A stretch of DNA of 64,000 nt from the human T2T-CHM13v2.0 reference genome, Homo sapiens, in assembly GCF_009914755.1 (NCBI RefSeq), contig NC_060934.1; one strand, 5' to 3'. Position 1 is the stretch's first letter; each line of letters begins with the position of its first letter. The notes beneath the pieces are model-generated. The model was not told the DNA's origin, ran no database searches, and saw only the letters and a program-made list of their open reading frames with translations. Position numbers and translations under genes: made by a program. Shown in pieces: positions 27,321 to 40,047 of the stretch.

Positions 27321-29400
27321 TCATCTTCTGAGAACAAACTTTATATCTCTCCCATATCTAAAATACTCTCAACTGTTTTGGAGACACCTACCTTCCCTCC
27401 ACCCACACTGAATCTCATTCATTTTATTGCCAGGTTCAAGGTCCAGCATATCAACATTTAAGTTAGTTCCCGTGTGTATGATACTCCTTGTGTGTGCTCC
27501 TCTACTGTGATTCCTCTAGATCTGACGAAGCATGCTCTATAAAAAGCAAGTAATTTACCCCATGGATAACAACATATAATGTCAAAACAGACGTAGAATA
27601 TCTGCTACAAAAGCTTTCATTCAAAAATTGGGCAAAAGGGAGGCAGCCAGCAGTCACTGGGTAAAATCACCTGAAATTCAGCTGGACACCTGTGGGTAGT
27701 TTTGTGATTAGGGCTCACTCTCACTTCTTGGGTATTATTCTCCATGACTTTTGGTTCTACCTTCTAAGTCATCTTTCATAAGAAATAGTCTGTAGTTGTA
27801 ACAGAGTGCAGTCGTCACCCCTTCCTCCACATATCCATTTTCTGTGATTTCCATTACTCCCGATCAACTGTAGTCTGAAAATACTAAATGGAAAATTCCA
27901 GAAAGAAACAATTCATAAATCTTAAACTGCATGACCTCCTTAGTAGCATAATGAAATCTCATGCCATCCTGCTTCATTCTTCCCTATCCCTCCTGGGTGT
28001 GAATCATCCCTTTGTCCAGCCTGTGCATGCTATCTACACTACCTGACTGTTATTCTCTTAGTAGACATCTCAGCTGTCTTATTGGCAAGTAACCCTTATT
28101 TTACTTAATAATAATTCCAAAGCACTAGAGAAGTGATACTGGCAATTTGGATATGCCAAAGAGAAGCTGTAAAGTACTTCCTTTAAGTAAAACAATGAAA
28201 GTTCTTGACTTAATAAGGAAAAGCAAAAAGTTGTATGCTGAGGTTGCCAAGGACTACAGTAAGAATGAAACTTCTATCCATAAAATTGTGAAGAAGGAAA
28301 GAAATGTGTTCTAATTTAGCTGTTTCACCTCAAACCGCAAAAGTTACAGCTAGAGTGTGTAATATATGCTTGGTTAAGATGGAAAAGGCATTAAATTTGT
28401 GGGTGGAAGACATGAACTGAAATGTGTTCCAATAGACAGCAACCGGGATCAGTACTACACATGGTTTCAGGCATCCACTGGGGGGTCTTGGAAAGAATTC
28501 CACATCTATAAAGGAGGACTACTGTGGCCAGCTCATCTGATTTCTGCCCATGGAAAGTTGGGAACTCAAAAGCCTCTCTTCATTTTGTATAGTGTTCCTG
28601 TTTGTCAAAACTGGGACTTAAAAGAAAAAACAACTATAATATTACAATACAATTTTTGGTATTGTAATACAAACCATTACAATACAATTTTTAAATGATT
28701 ACGAATTTCCTGTTTATCATTTTATAATCCACTCAATTAAGCCAAAGCCAAACCTACAACTCTCTTAGAAATAATCCCTTCTTGACCTTAAACACCCTAT
28801 GAGTTTTCTGTGGAAAAATGCTCTTAAGGTTCTTAGAAGCCCTATTGTTTAACAGAGGACTCTTAGAAACACGCCTGAGAATCTTTGGGTGCCTTTTATG
28901 TGCCTGAAGTGTCTATAAAGCACTGACTTAGCTCTGAGGTCTCAACAAAGGATCTTACAATTGAGGTCTGTACTTGATCTTTGCCCTGAGGCTGCTTATT
29001 ACTTCGAGAACCTTCTACTGATTGAACAGACTTTTCTGAGCATTTAACATTTCTTCCAGTTTCCGTTAGACAGACAACCGATTGGTTCATTCTTTAGCTC
29101 ATAACTCTCCTCTTCTAACTTTACTATACGCAGCTTGAAGAAGGCAGGTGGCACCTTCAACACTTTCTTTAACTAGATTATCAAGTTCATTCAATATATT
29201 TTCTATTTTATGAGAGGTGACAGTTTTGCTGAACTTTCAGCCACTACATATCAAGATTCTTCTTTCTTCTAACTTCAAGTAAGAGTTTGCTCGTTATCCT
29301 TTCAGACTTCACCTACAGTCTTCTTGAGTCTCTTCCAGCTTTCACCTGCCATCTTGTCTCAATGCCAGTGTCACAATTTAAATCCTTTTTTTATTGCATA
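27321..29400 (-). mobile_element. MLT1-int internal region, interrupted by MER44
   Basis: Follows the MLT1F LTR; 'gacagttttgctgaactttcagccactaca' and 'aatgccagtgtcacaatttaa' mirror the + strand MLT-int at 7.85-8.0 kb. Confidence 0.55.
27809..28524 (+). mobile_element. MER44C/D (Tigger7-derived TcMar DNA transposon)
   Basis: TIRs cagtcgtcacccctt / aaaggaggactactg; 'aatggaaaattccagaaagaaacaattcat', 'ggcaatttggatatgccaaagagaagc'. Confidence 0.88.
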
Positions 29401-29571
29401 ATGAAAATTTCCAATCCCCCTTGCATGTGATTTAAGCTGGGAAAATAAGATCCTTGTTCAGGCCAAGACTATTTCTTAAACCTTTGCAAAACAGAGTCTT
29501 CACTTTTGGAGGGCTAACCTATGTAGAGAATTTTAGGCCTAGAATTAGTGGAGACCATTTTGCCACCACTT

Positions 29572-30121
29572 TTTTAACAGAGCGCAGACTTGGCTCCTTG
29601 ACACTTGCAAAGCCAATAAAAAGTGCAGTGAAAGGAAGGTGACTTTACTTCCAGAGTTAGCAGTGGGCAAGCAGCCAGCTTATGCTTCCAGAAACCCCTT
29701 CAAACTTTAGGTTGGGAAGAGGAGTTTTTAAAAAAGGAACTTGGAATGGAAGGCATGCAGGAGGGATGTTGAGTATAAGTTCTGTGTATCTTGTTCTCGT
29801 GGCTATCTCAAGCCACGGTCCCCCTGGAGTGCAGGCTGGTATCATCTCAGCAATGGCTGGGTTGTAGACTGGCTACCCTGAGGTAATCTCTGGAATTTTG
29901 CAAATGAGGTAATCTCTAGAATTTTGCAAACGTGCATGAGATAAAGGAGTACACAGTGGGAAAGGAAGGGAGGGGAGTTTTAAAGTATCTTTCAAGGCTA
30001 TATTTTAAGACTAAGGAAAAAGGTTTCTACTGTTTGTTTTAATGTTACATCTTGAGAGAGAAGAAAGGAGACAAGAAAAAATGTTTTAAAATATATTTTG
30101 AAGCTAAATTACTAAGTTACA
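29572..30121 (-). mobile_element. ERV1 (MER4-group) solo LTR, subfamily uncertain
   Basis: Ends 'gaagctaaattactaagttaca' (TGTAAC start on the minus strand); LTR-like length and composition. Confidence 0.5.
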
Positions 30122-31169
30122 CATTTTGACTTCAGTAATTAAATTAATATGGAGAAAAGAAAGCTGAAAGATGGAAAGAGAGAGATATTACTGATGAACT
30201 TGTTTCTAGCTTTGCCTAATGTCAGAAAAGCCATCTGGACTTTTCAATGTCATGAGACAATAAATCTCCTTTTTTGTTTAAATAATTTTTACTTAAGTTT
30301 TTTCATAATATATCTCTGAAAATACATATTCAACCCTCCACCAACAGCTCTGCTCATTCTGCCCCATCTACATGGAAGGAAGCCTCCTTCCTCTCTGCAT
30401 AGGTTAGTACCACCTGTCACTCAACCTTTGGTCAAGGCCCACCTCTGCTGAGAAATCTCTCTCAGCCCAGCAGATAGTAATGACCTTTTTCTCTGACTAC
30501 TCACTGCACTAGAGATCTAGGACTCAGGTGCTTTAAGCTGTATCACATGGCATTCCAAGTTGTCCTTTTATAGTTTGTCCTTCGGAGATAAAACTAAACT
30601 TGGTTAAAAGTCCCAATTGCACTGCCCTTGAAAGTCTATAGCCTCTGCAATGACCTCTACCAAGTTAGGAGATCTACTTTCTCTTGGCCCCCCAGCCTCC
30701 ATGTTTGACACTACACATGACTTTTATGTTTATTTCCACTTTGGATTTGGACATTTAAATTCCTGAACTACTTTTTCATAAATATTTCACTGATGTCAAG
30801 CATTGATGGGTTCTGCAACTGAACATTTGTGTATCATTGGGAGAGAGTGCAATCCATAATGCAGTTTTCCACCATCTTATTCATTTCCCCACTACTTTTT
30901 TAGCTTCCTCCAACTCCTGTATTCTCAGTCTCCACCCCCACATTCTAAGAGCAAAATAAATCCTTCTTATTTTACCATACAGATTGGTTTGGTGGATATA
31001 ATTTTTTACTTAGTAATATACTATCCCAAGGGGTTTGTCCAAGTATTTCTTTTAAAAATGTATAGTAAAACCTAAGAGAAACCTCAGTAAATACAATGAT
31101 CTCCACCTCACTACAACTTACACATACGTTGGTTTTCTAACTAGGCTTTGGTAACTGTGGCATAATTTA

Positions 31170-31420
31170 CAAAGGAGAACAGCTTTAAGTTTAGATAGGT
31201 TTGAGTGGGAATCCTGACTCCACTGCTTTCTTGAAAGTCACTTACCCTCTAAGGACATTAATTCTTTCATGTATTAAATTGAGATCATGATAGTTACTTC
31301 AAAGATGAACCAAGGTGTATAATGTGCCCTGGGAAGCTCCATAGATGTTCGACGTCCAGCTCTGCCTTCTGCGTTCAGCACTTGTCACGTTGCCTGGCAT
31401 GAGCAAGGTGCTCAGTAGAC
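31170..31420 (+). mobile_element. MIR SINE
   Basis: 'gaatcctgactccactgct...aagtcacttaccctct...tgcctggcatgagcaaggtgctcagta'. Confidence 0.6.
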
Positions 31421-31787
31421 AACTGATGATGTAACCATGGCAGTGCCCTGAGATTGCAGCATAGTACTATACTCCAGATGCAACTGGGCTTTACACACTG
31501 TGGTTCTGACTGGCTTTTGAAGAAAGTCCACTCCTTTTAGCCACTGGGAGCCTCCTTCCTGGCATGGGTTATACCTATATATTTTTTTCAGTGTACTAAA
31601 TTTCCAGCCTTTGCTCAAAATTGTGATTCAGAAATGTGAATAAAACATCAAAAACAAAACAAAACAAAACAAAACAATAGATTTTGTGGGAAAAAACTTA
31701 AAAAAGTAAAGAAAAGCCACTTTCTTCTGGGAAAACCATAGGTTCTGTTGACAAATGTGTGTGTGTTTGTGCGTGTGTGTTTGTGTG

Positions 31788-32153
31788 TGTATTAGTCTGT
31801 TTGGGTCACCATAACAAATAAATAAATAAACTGGGTGGCTTATAAACAAAAGACATTATTTCTCACAGTTCTGGAGGATGGAAATAACTCAAAGCAATGG
31901 CAGATTGAGTGACTGGTAAGGGCCCACCTCCTGGCTCATAGATAGCTGGACTTCTTCTCACAGTGTCCTCATATGGCTAAAGGGGTGAGGGAGGTCTCTG
32001 GGGTCTCTTTAAGAGGGATCCTAGTCCCACAGGGCTCTATTGTCGTGACCTAATCACCTTCCAAATGCCCTGCCTCCACTCCACACACCCTTACATTAGA
32101 GATTACATTTCAACCACCGAATTTAAGGGGAACACAAATATTCAGGCTTTAGC

Positions 32154-32154
<1 letters not shown>
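31788..32154 (-). mobile_element. MLT1A0-like MaLR solo LTR
   Basis: tgtattagtctg...'actgggtggcttataaacaa...tttctcacagttctggagg...gacctaatcacctt'...ttcaggctttagca. Confidence 0.88.

Positions 32155-32187
<33 letters not shown>
32155..32187. repeat. (CA)n microsatellite
   Basis: About 16 perfect AC units. Confidence 0.97.
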
Positions 32188-32188
<1 letters not shown>

Positions 32189-33149
32189 TTATATGGACAC
32201 ATTGAAGAATCACCACCTAGAGTAATGCCTAGTAAAATTCCTAATGATGCAAAACAAAAATCTTACAATGAATGCTTGTAAGAGAGACACCCCATCCTTA
32301 TTGTCTGCTACATCTTTGGATGAATCACATTTAAGCTTGCTCCAAAAATTTGAACGTTCTTTTTAAAGGTCATTATATTTAGCTAATGAAGATGGCAACA
32401 TTGACTGTCAGAGGCATGGCTGGTAGTCTCCAGGAGTATAATACCACTGCATGTGTGGAACTAATGATATCTCCATTTTTGGTTCAAGATATTGCAAAGA
32501 ATAATTTAGTTTTGCTTCAATTAAAAAGAACAGTCTCGAAAGCTGTAGAACCCATGCCCCATATGAGATCTGGTAATACTAAAGGAAAGGAAAACCCTTT
32601 AATCGGCATCAACTCTTCTTTGATAAAAATAACAGAATCAATTAAAATGTATGCCAACCTCTCCTTGAAATGCTAAAACCCAAATAGAAAGTCTTATTGT
32701 AGTTTATCAAGATAAGGAATTCAAACATACTACAAAACAATGAAAATGTAACTCAGAGAGAGAGAGAAAAACACTAAATCACACCAAAAGCATCAAACTG
32801 CGAATGTGTTTCCTTTCATGATTGTCAATCAGTAATCATCTCTTTCGAAAGCAAGGCACAATAGATAATTAAAAAAGAGAATGGACACAATATCTGCCTC
32901 TGAGCTATCAACATCTCACTGATAAAACAAGACTTAGGGGTCATTTACCGTGGCTGCTATTCCTGTGACTATTTTTGCCTGCACTAAGTTTTTGTGAACT
33001 TCAATGGCGAGTTTTGGCTTCCTTTATTTATGCATTTATTCTTTTTGTCTGTAAATATTCAACTGAGTGAGGTACTTAAGAGTCCTGAGCCTGAGCCATC
33101 TGAAAATATTTTGTATTATCTGAAATCATTTTGCTGTCATTTTTTCCTC

Positions 33150-33340
33150 TTATTCACCTATTCATTTATTATCAAAATAGCTACTAAATTGCCCATTATG
33201 TCTACAGTTCTATAGTATTAGACATATAACATTGATAGACACACATATTTGCCCTCAAATGCATTCTAGTCTAGAAATAGAAAGATAATTAAATAGGCAA
33301 TTTCCCTATAGTGAATTAAATGTTTTGAGGGGTTAAGAAT
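33150..33340 (-). mobile_element. L2 3' fragment
   Basis: 'ttcatttattatcaaaatagctactaaattgcccattatgtc...tgccctcaaatgcattctagtctag'. Confidence 0.6.
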
Positions 33341-33380
33341 GAGATTTTTCAGGGTAACCCTTCCTGGTCAGAAATGTCAT

Positions 33381-34019
33381 TGTGGTAGCTTTGTGTCACC
33401 TTGGATATGTGTAAGGTGTCAACTATGGTTCCCAGAGATCCTTTTCCAGTTATGGGGAGCTACAAAAGACATTACTGTGTGAGATTTGGAGAATAGGAGG
33501 GGAGCAGTAGTCACTGAGCAGCTTCTGCACATTGTGAGGGACCTGCTGATATACCTCATTGGTGAGAGACAGCTGCTAGATCTGCAACTGCTCCACCTTT
33601 TCTGGATCCTCTTGTAACTTTTCTGACCTCTGGGCCAGATGTGCATGTTTTGCTCCGCAGCAAAGGGGCCCAGCTTCTGCAGGATACCTACACCCCTAAG
33701 ATCAGAAGCAACAAGAACTGACACATGTTTTTTTACTTTATTCTCCTGGGGCTCCAAATTGTGCCTGTGGGTTCCAATTTATTCTTATTCTCCCCCACCC
33801 CCTCGACATGTATAATCTCTTCTCAACTTCCTGACTCATGGACTTCAAATTCTAGCATCACAATGCAAAGGCCATATTCTTATAGAAATTGCTTTACCAG
33901 TTTCCACAATTGAGTGTGGTCCAATGTCTATTAAAGGCAACTTTATACACACACACACACACACACACATATATATTTCTTATTGGTTCTGCTTCTCTGA
34001 TTGCGTGCTTACTGATGCA
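33381..34019 (+). mobile_element. MLT2 (E/F-like) ERVL solo LTR with internal (CA)n
   Basis: tgtggtag...'tattggttctgcttctctgatt...actgatgca'; perfect 5-bp TSD gtcat (33376-33380, 34020-34024). Confidence 0.78.
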
Positions 34020-35900
34020 GTCATTTAGTTAACAAAGATTTGCAGATGCAGGTCCCCATGGGGATCTGCAGGAGGATCTTAATAAGATTACCTGTCTTCT
34101 CTCAAGAGTGTTGTATTGTAAAACTAAATAAGGATCTATCTATCTATCCACCTTCTAATTATCTATCCATCTATATGTCATCTAAAACAGTACCTTAGCA
34201 CATAGTGAGTGTCACGTAATATAATTACTTATCTCTGGCTCTCTTTAGGCCTAATCTGGGTTCAAGACTCATTCTAGGTCAGTGGCCATGAGTAACCAGC
34301 CCCTTTCTAGGATTATTTTTCCATCGCCTTTTCTAGAGTATCTTGAACATTTTTCTCAAGAGACATGATAGAGAGAAGGGCCTGATCTTTCTGTAAGAAA
34401 TATCCCGATGGAAGATTTCTCCCCTGTGGAATGCTGATCTCATCTCTGCTCAGCATACTGTTGAAGGAATCAATAGGTTTTGTTCTTAAGATGATATATG
34501 TTCAGAAATCTGACACTTCATTTTTGTCACTCATATACCAGAAATAACCCCCTCCCTCTTGCCTGGCAGATTCCCCAGTCTTTCAAAATGAAGGCTTTGA
34601 AAGTGAGGATTTGCCATGAATATGAAAATTATAAAGTTGGCATTTTATCTCAGCAGATCATTTATCCTACAAAGTACTGTGTGTAAATTAGAATTTCTTT
34701 TCTTCTCCATCTCACACCCCCACTTTTTTATACTTAATTAAATTTATCTTTGTCTGACTTAACCTTCAGAAGTTTGGGTCTCCATGCTCTTCATCAAGTG
34801 CCTTCCTGAAAGCTTCTGTTTTGGGCAAACTATGTTACATGGATTCTTCTAGTAATGTGCCTGGAAATGGAAGCTGAGCAATTTGCAATCACCTCATGTG
34901 TTCCAGTACTAAAAAAGCCTCTATATAATTGCAATGCAATTGAATATGTTTAAAAAACTAATACAAGTAGAATGGTTAAAGACCTCAACTAAGAACATTT
35001 TGGATGAATTTATAAAATACGCCTTTACTTTAGAAATTAATGCACTTTGTTTAGCTCATGAGAAGATGAATTTTCTTAAGCTATGATTAAGAATACATTT
35101 AAATTAAAATGCACTCATAAGATAGAACATGAGAACTTAAAAGACTCATCCAACTTAAAACATTCAATGGAAGTAATTTCTTTTGTCTACTTAAACATAG
35201 TTTATGGCATCTATATTGTGCTAGAGGGACAATAACAAAGTTTGTAACTCAATGAGAACACCAAAATTGATTTAAGTTTTTTTTTTCTTCAGAGCATATC
35301 TTTATTTCAATCACCATGAGAAAGTAAAGGCTTAAAATTCTAATTTAATTTTTAAATAACATTCAAAAAGTTGTCTTCTTCTCTAAGAAAACTTCCTAGT
35401 GATTTATAATAGTGTAACATATTTTTTCTTCGGAAAGCTGAAGTAACTTGTGCAGTTTATCTTGGAGTTGTAATGGTGGAGGAAGATTTCAAGTGAAAGC
35501 TAATGAAAAAGATTAAATTATCTAGGAAGCTAAAGTTGTAGTCTATTATAATTATTATCAACATAGTGTGCTATTTAAGACACCTGAAATCTTTTGATTA
35601 ATTAGCATAGCTTAGGAAAAGCTAATAACTTTACAGCTCTTCACGCCTATTGCCATGTGTATAATTTGATGTTAAACTATAAAATATTGACAACCGGATT
35701 CCAAAAATAATAGAGAAATGAGAATTAGAATTGTCAGAGTTCTTCCTAGAGCCTATAGCTCTTGAGTCCAACTCTGGTGACTATGGATTTGAATGGGCAT
35801 AAGGGAAAAGGGAAGGGGGCTTGAAAAAATATATAAAGCTTGAACTGAGCATGGTATGTGGTGGAAGGGGGTGAGGTATGAGTTTAGAAACCATCATGAC

Positions 35901-36104
35901 CTGGCCACAATAGGCACTGGAAACTACTACAGGGAGGAGGGAAGGAGTAGGTAAGGATTGAAAAACTGTTAGATACTATGCTCAGTACCTGAATGACAGG
36001 ATCATTTCTACCTTAAGCCTCAGCATTATGCAATATAATCAGGTAACAAACCTGCACATGTACCCTCTGAATCTAAAATAAACGTTGAAAAAGAAAAAAA
36101 AAAA
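35901..36104 (+). mobile_element. L1PB-like 3' end
   Basis: 'tactatgctcagtacctg...gtaacaaacctgcacatgtaccctctgaatctaaaataaa' plus A-tail; TSD agaaaccatcatgac/agaatccattgtgac. Confidence 0.85.
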
Positions 36105-36623
36105 GGAAAGAATCCATTGTGACTACACAAAACAGCATCTCTGAAGCCTCAAAGAATCTAGAATTACTGTGAATAAATAGATATTTTTTTTCCAATGAAC
36201 TTAATGAGAATAAGTGCCTTTACCATACCTTGCAATTTCTGAAAACTAAATGACACTAATTTTCAGACTGAAATAGTTTGCTATTAGCTCAGCACAATAA
36301 ATGAAAATAGATCCAAAGCTAGGGGCATATCTGTGGAATTTCAGAATTCCAAATACAAAGAGAATTCCCTAAAAGGTTCCACAGTGGCTAAAAATGTATG
36401 GCGTTCAGAATGTCATCAGACATCTCAACAGAAGCCTCAGGTGCCAAAGACAGCAAAACCGTAACTTCAATAGCATTATGAGGAAAAATCATAAATATAT
36501 TATTTAGAAGTGCCAAGTAAATATATCTAAATCATTAAATAGGAGTTTCTCCCAGGGAGCAGATTTGGAGATCATAAAATATTAGAGCAGAAATTTCTGT
36601 GTTTTGTTCATTTTTATATTTGA

Positions 36624-36929
36624 TTTTATTTATTTATTTATTTTTGAGACAGGGTCTTACTCTGTTTCCCAGGTTGAAGTGCAATGGCCTGATCATGGCT
36701 CACTGCAGCCTTGACCTCCAGAGCTCAAGTGATTCTTCAATCCTCAGCCTCCTGATTAGCTAGGACTACAGGTGTGTGCCACCACACCTGGCTAATTTTT
36801 CATGTTTTTTGTAGAGATGGGATTTTGCCAAGTTGCCTAGGCTGGTCTAGGACTCCTGAGCTCAAGCAATATGCCCATCTTGGCCTCCCAAAGTGTTGGG
36901 ATTGCAGGTGTGAGCCGCTATGCCTGGCC
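36624..36929 (-). mobile_element. AluJ
   Basis: J-diagnostic 'gatcatggctcactgcagccttgacctcc'; TSD tatatttga (36615-36623, 36930-36938). Confidence 0.95.
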
Positions 36930-37683
36930 TATATTTGAGTGTTAACTTTAAAATTAAAAAACATTTAAAAACATAAATTGAAAATGGGGAACGTTAAGAG
37001 TTCTATGATCAGTGAGAGCTTCCAAAAAGGTATGAATGATCCTCTGCTCTGAACTGGATCAAATGATCTCCCAAAGCCTAAAAATATTATAATATAAAGA
37101 ACAGTTAAGGTTTGCTAAAAATTATCACAAAATGACTTGATTTGTTGTCCCATCCAAACAAATGTGCCAATGGGAGGAATTCTTTTTACCAAATTGGAAT
37201 GCTTTAGTTGGCGCCAGCCAGGTCGATAGGAAGATATTCAGCAAAATTAGTACAAAAATATATCCTTATTCAAACTAAGATTTTTAGAATGTCTTCACTG
37301 AACTTTCTACTGTATTTGGAGTTCTTTCCCAGGTATTCTTATGCTTGCGCTGTGTACTAGAGGCTCAGAACACGTCCAATCCAAACCTCCTTGGTAATCA
37401 CGGTTCCTCAGACCCTCCTGAGGCAAAACTGGCCTTTCTTGGGTTTACTTTTCTGGATATTTCAATCACTTTTGTGCCATTGTCCCTGCTGGATGAATCT
37501 TTGGTCCACTGTAGGAACTGAGACTTAATAAATAATATTAGATACATTTAAATTGTTCATTATGGAAAGGAACACATTTTATTAGTAGATAACTACTTGT
37601 AAATAACCTAGAAAGTTGGATTGACAGTAAACTCAAATATGAGTTTTCAGTGTAATATGGTCTTCAAAACTGTTGATGGGATC

Positions 37684-37990
37684 TTTTTTTAATTTTTTTT
37701 TTTTATTTTTGAGACAGAGTCTTGCTCTGTCACCCAGGCTAGAGTGCAGTGGCACAATCTCTGGTCACTGCAGCCTCTGCCTCCCATGTTCAAGCAATTC
37801 TCCTGCCTCAGCCCCCTGAGAAGCTGGGACTACAGGTACCCACCACTACACCAGGCTAATTTTTGTATTTTTAGTAGAGACGGGGTTTCACCATGTTGGT
37901 CAGGCTGGTCTCGAACTCCTGACCTCGTGATCTGCCTACCTAGGCCTCCCAAAGTGCTGGGATTACAGGCGTGAGCCACTGCACCCAGCT
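37684..37990 (-). mobile_element. AluS (Sg-like)
   Basis: 'ggtctcgaactcctgacctcgtgatc'; TSD gatgggatctt on both sides. Confidence 0.95.
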
Positions 37991-38509
37991 GATGGGATCT
38001 TACCAAATAGTTATAGCATTTTCTGTCCTCTTTCTTGTTGCTATTCATATTACAGCTAAAGTTCGAACTTTAGAGGCAACCATTTAGTAGACTGAGATAT
38101 ACAGTAGTAGACTTAGAGTAGAGAGACTGGCATGTCTCCACTCCACCCAGAGGAGGGACACTGCAGGGCGTGAAGGCTGCCTTACCTGGAGATGAAGCTT
38201 TGGTGGAACATGAAGACTGGGTTTTAATACCTGAAAAAGCTGCCCTTCAGGGAAAGAATGAGACCAATCTTGCTGCTGTTGTTGTTGTTATTTTGTTGTG
38301 TAAAGAAGTAGAACTAGCACAAGTTGATAGAGTTTCCTCATAAAGAAGAGATACTCTCTGATTTAAAATGTTTGCATAAGAAGATTGTGATCTCTCTATC
38401 CCTGGAGATCCTTAAACAGAACCAATATTTTCCAAGATCAAGACTGGTTCTGAGTGTTTTATAATTTTGTAGAATTACTCAAATGTGAGAACAGACAAAC
38501 AAGTATTAG

Positions 38510-38659
38510 AAGGTGAAATGAGGTCAATTATAAGAACCTTTGAATTGTATTACTCACCCTTGTACACTCTCTACCACAAATATCAACTCCTCAGCAGAAT
38601 ATCTTATACTGAGTCAAATTGGGTACTTGCCTTACTGAGAAGTGTCCATGGACAGTGAA
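38510..38659 (+). repeat. Copy 1 of a 150-bp local direct duplication
   Basis: About 95% identical (8 substitutions by eye) to 39436-39585. Confidence 0.95.
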
Positions 38660-38671
38660 CTATCTCTAGGA

Positions 38672-38834
38672 CAGAGGTGGCAAATACATGCCCTCTACGC
38701 TTCCTTTCACCCGTCATTAAAGACTCAGAATTCTCTTCTGTTGTCAGGGTGCAACCTCAGAATCCTCCTGAAAACAATACCCCGTCACTGTAAATTGGAG
38801 TGGCATGCCAGATGCAACCTGCTTGCCATCTCTG
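38672..38834 (+). mobile_element. MER112-like hAT-Charlie MITE
   Basis: TIRs cagaggtggcaa / ttgccatctctg; 'cctcagaatcct'; 8-bp TSD ctctagga/ctccggga. Confidence 0.7.
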
Positions 38835-39024
38835 CTCCGGGATACATTTGACCTCTTGCCACATGTCCCATCAGCACATCAGCAACTGTATTCATCTACC
38901 CGAAATTCTCTTTTTTATCTTCACCACGTTGATACTTATCTTGTACTTAGTAATTCATGCCTTGGTGCTGACTATTTCATTTTATTTGTTTGTTTCTTTG
39001 CTTTTTAATAGAGCCACCACATAA

Positions 39025-39366
<342 letters not shown>

Positions 39367-39435
39367 TAATGGAGTCTCATTTACATTAAAAATGAATATA
39401 GGCATATAGATAGACATAAGTCTATCTATAAGAAT

Positions 39436-39585
39436 AAGGTGAAATGAGATCAATAATAAGAACCTTTGAATTGTATTACTCACCCTAGTGCACTGTCTAC
39501 CACAAATATCAACTCCTCAGCAGAATATCTTATACTGAGTCAAATTGGGTACATGCCTTACTGAGAAGTGTCCATGGATGGTGAA
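39436..39585 (+). repeat. Copy 2 of the 150-bp local direct duplication
   Basis: Matches 38510-38659. Confidence 0.95.
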
Positions 39586-39661
39586 TACTTCTTTATTAAT
39601 GTATAAAAATTAAGTTTTGTATTAATAAAATATATTAATATTAATATTTTAATAAAAATTT

Positions 39662-40047
39662 TACACCATGGAATACTATGCAGCCATAAAAAATGATGAG
39701 TTCATGTCCTTTGTAGGGACATGGATGAAATTGGAAACCATCATTCTCAGTAAACTATCGCAAGAACAAAAAACCAAACACCGCATATTCTCACTCATAG
39801 GTGGGAATTGAACAATGAGATCACATGGACACAGGAAGGGGAATATCACACTCTGGGGACTGTGGTGGGGAGGGGGAGGGGGGGAGGGATAGCATTGGGA
39901 GATATACCTAATGCTAGATGATGAGTTAGTGGGTGCAGCGCACCAGCATGGCACATGTATACATATGTAACTAACCTGCACAATGTGCACATGTACGCTA
40001 AAACTTAAAGTATAATTAAAAAAAAAAAAAAACCAGAAAGAGAAAAA
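39662..40047 (+). mobile_element. Young L1 3' end (L1PA2-like), 5'-truncated
   Basis: L1HS/PA2-type 3' UTR with ancestral GAG ('gatgatgagttag') and A ('aacttaaagtat'); TSD aaaaatttta (39654-39663, 40048-40057). Confidence 0.9.
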
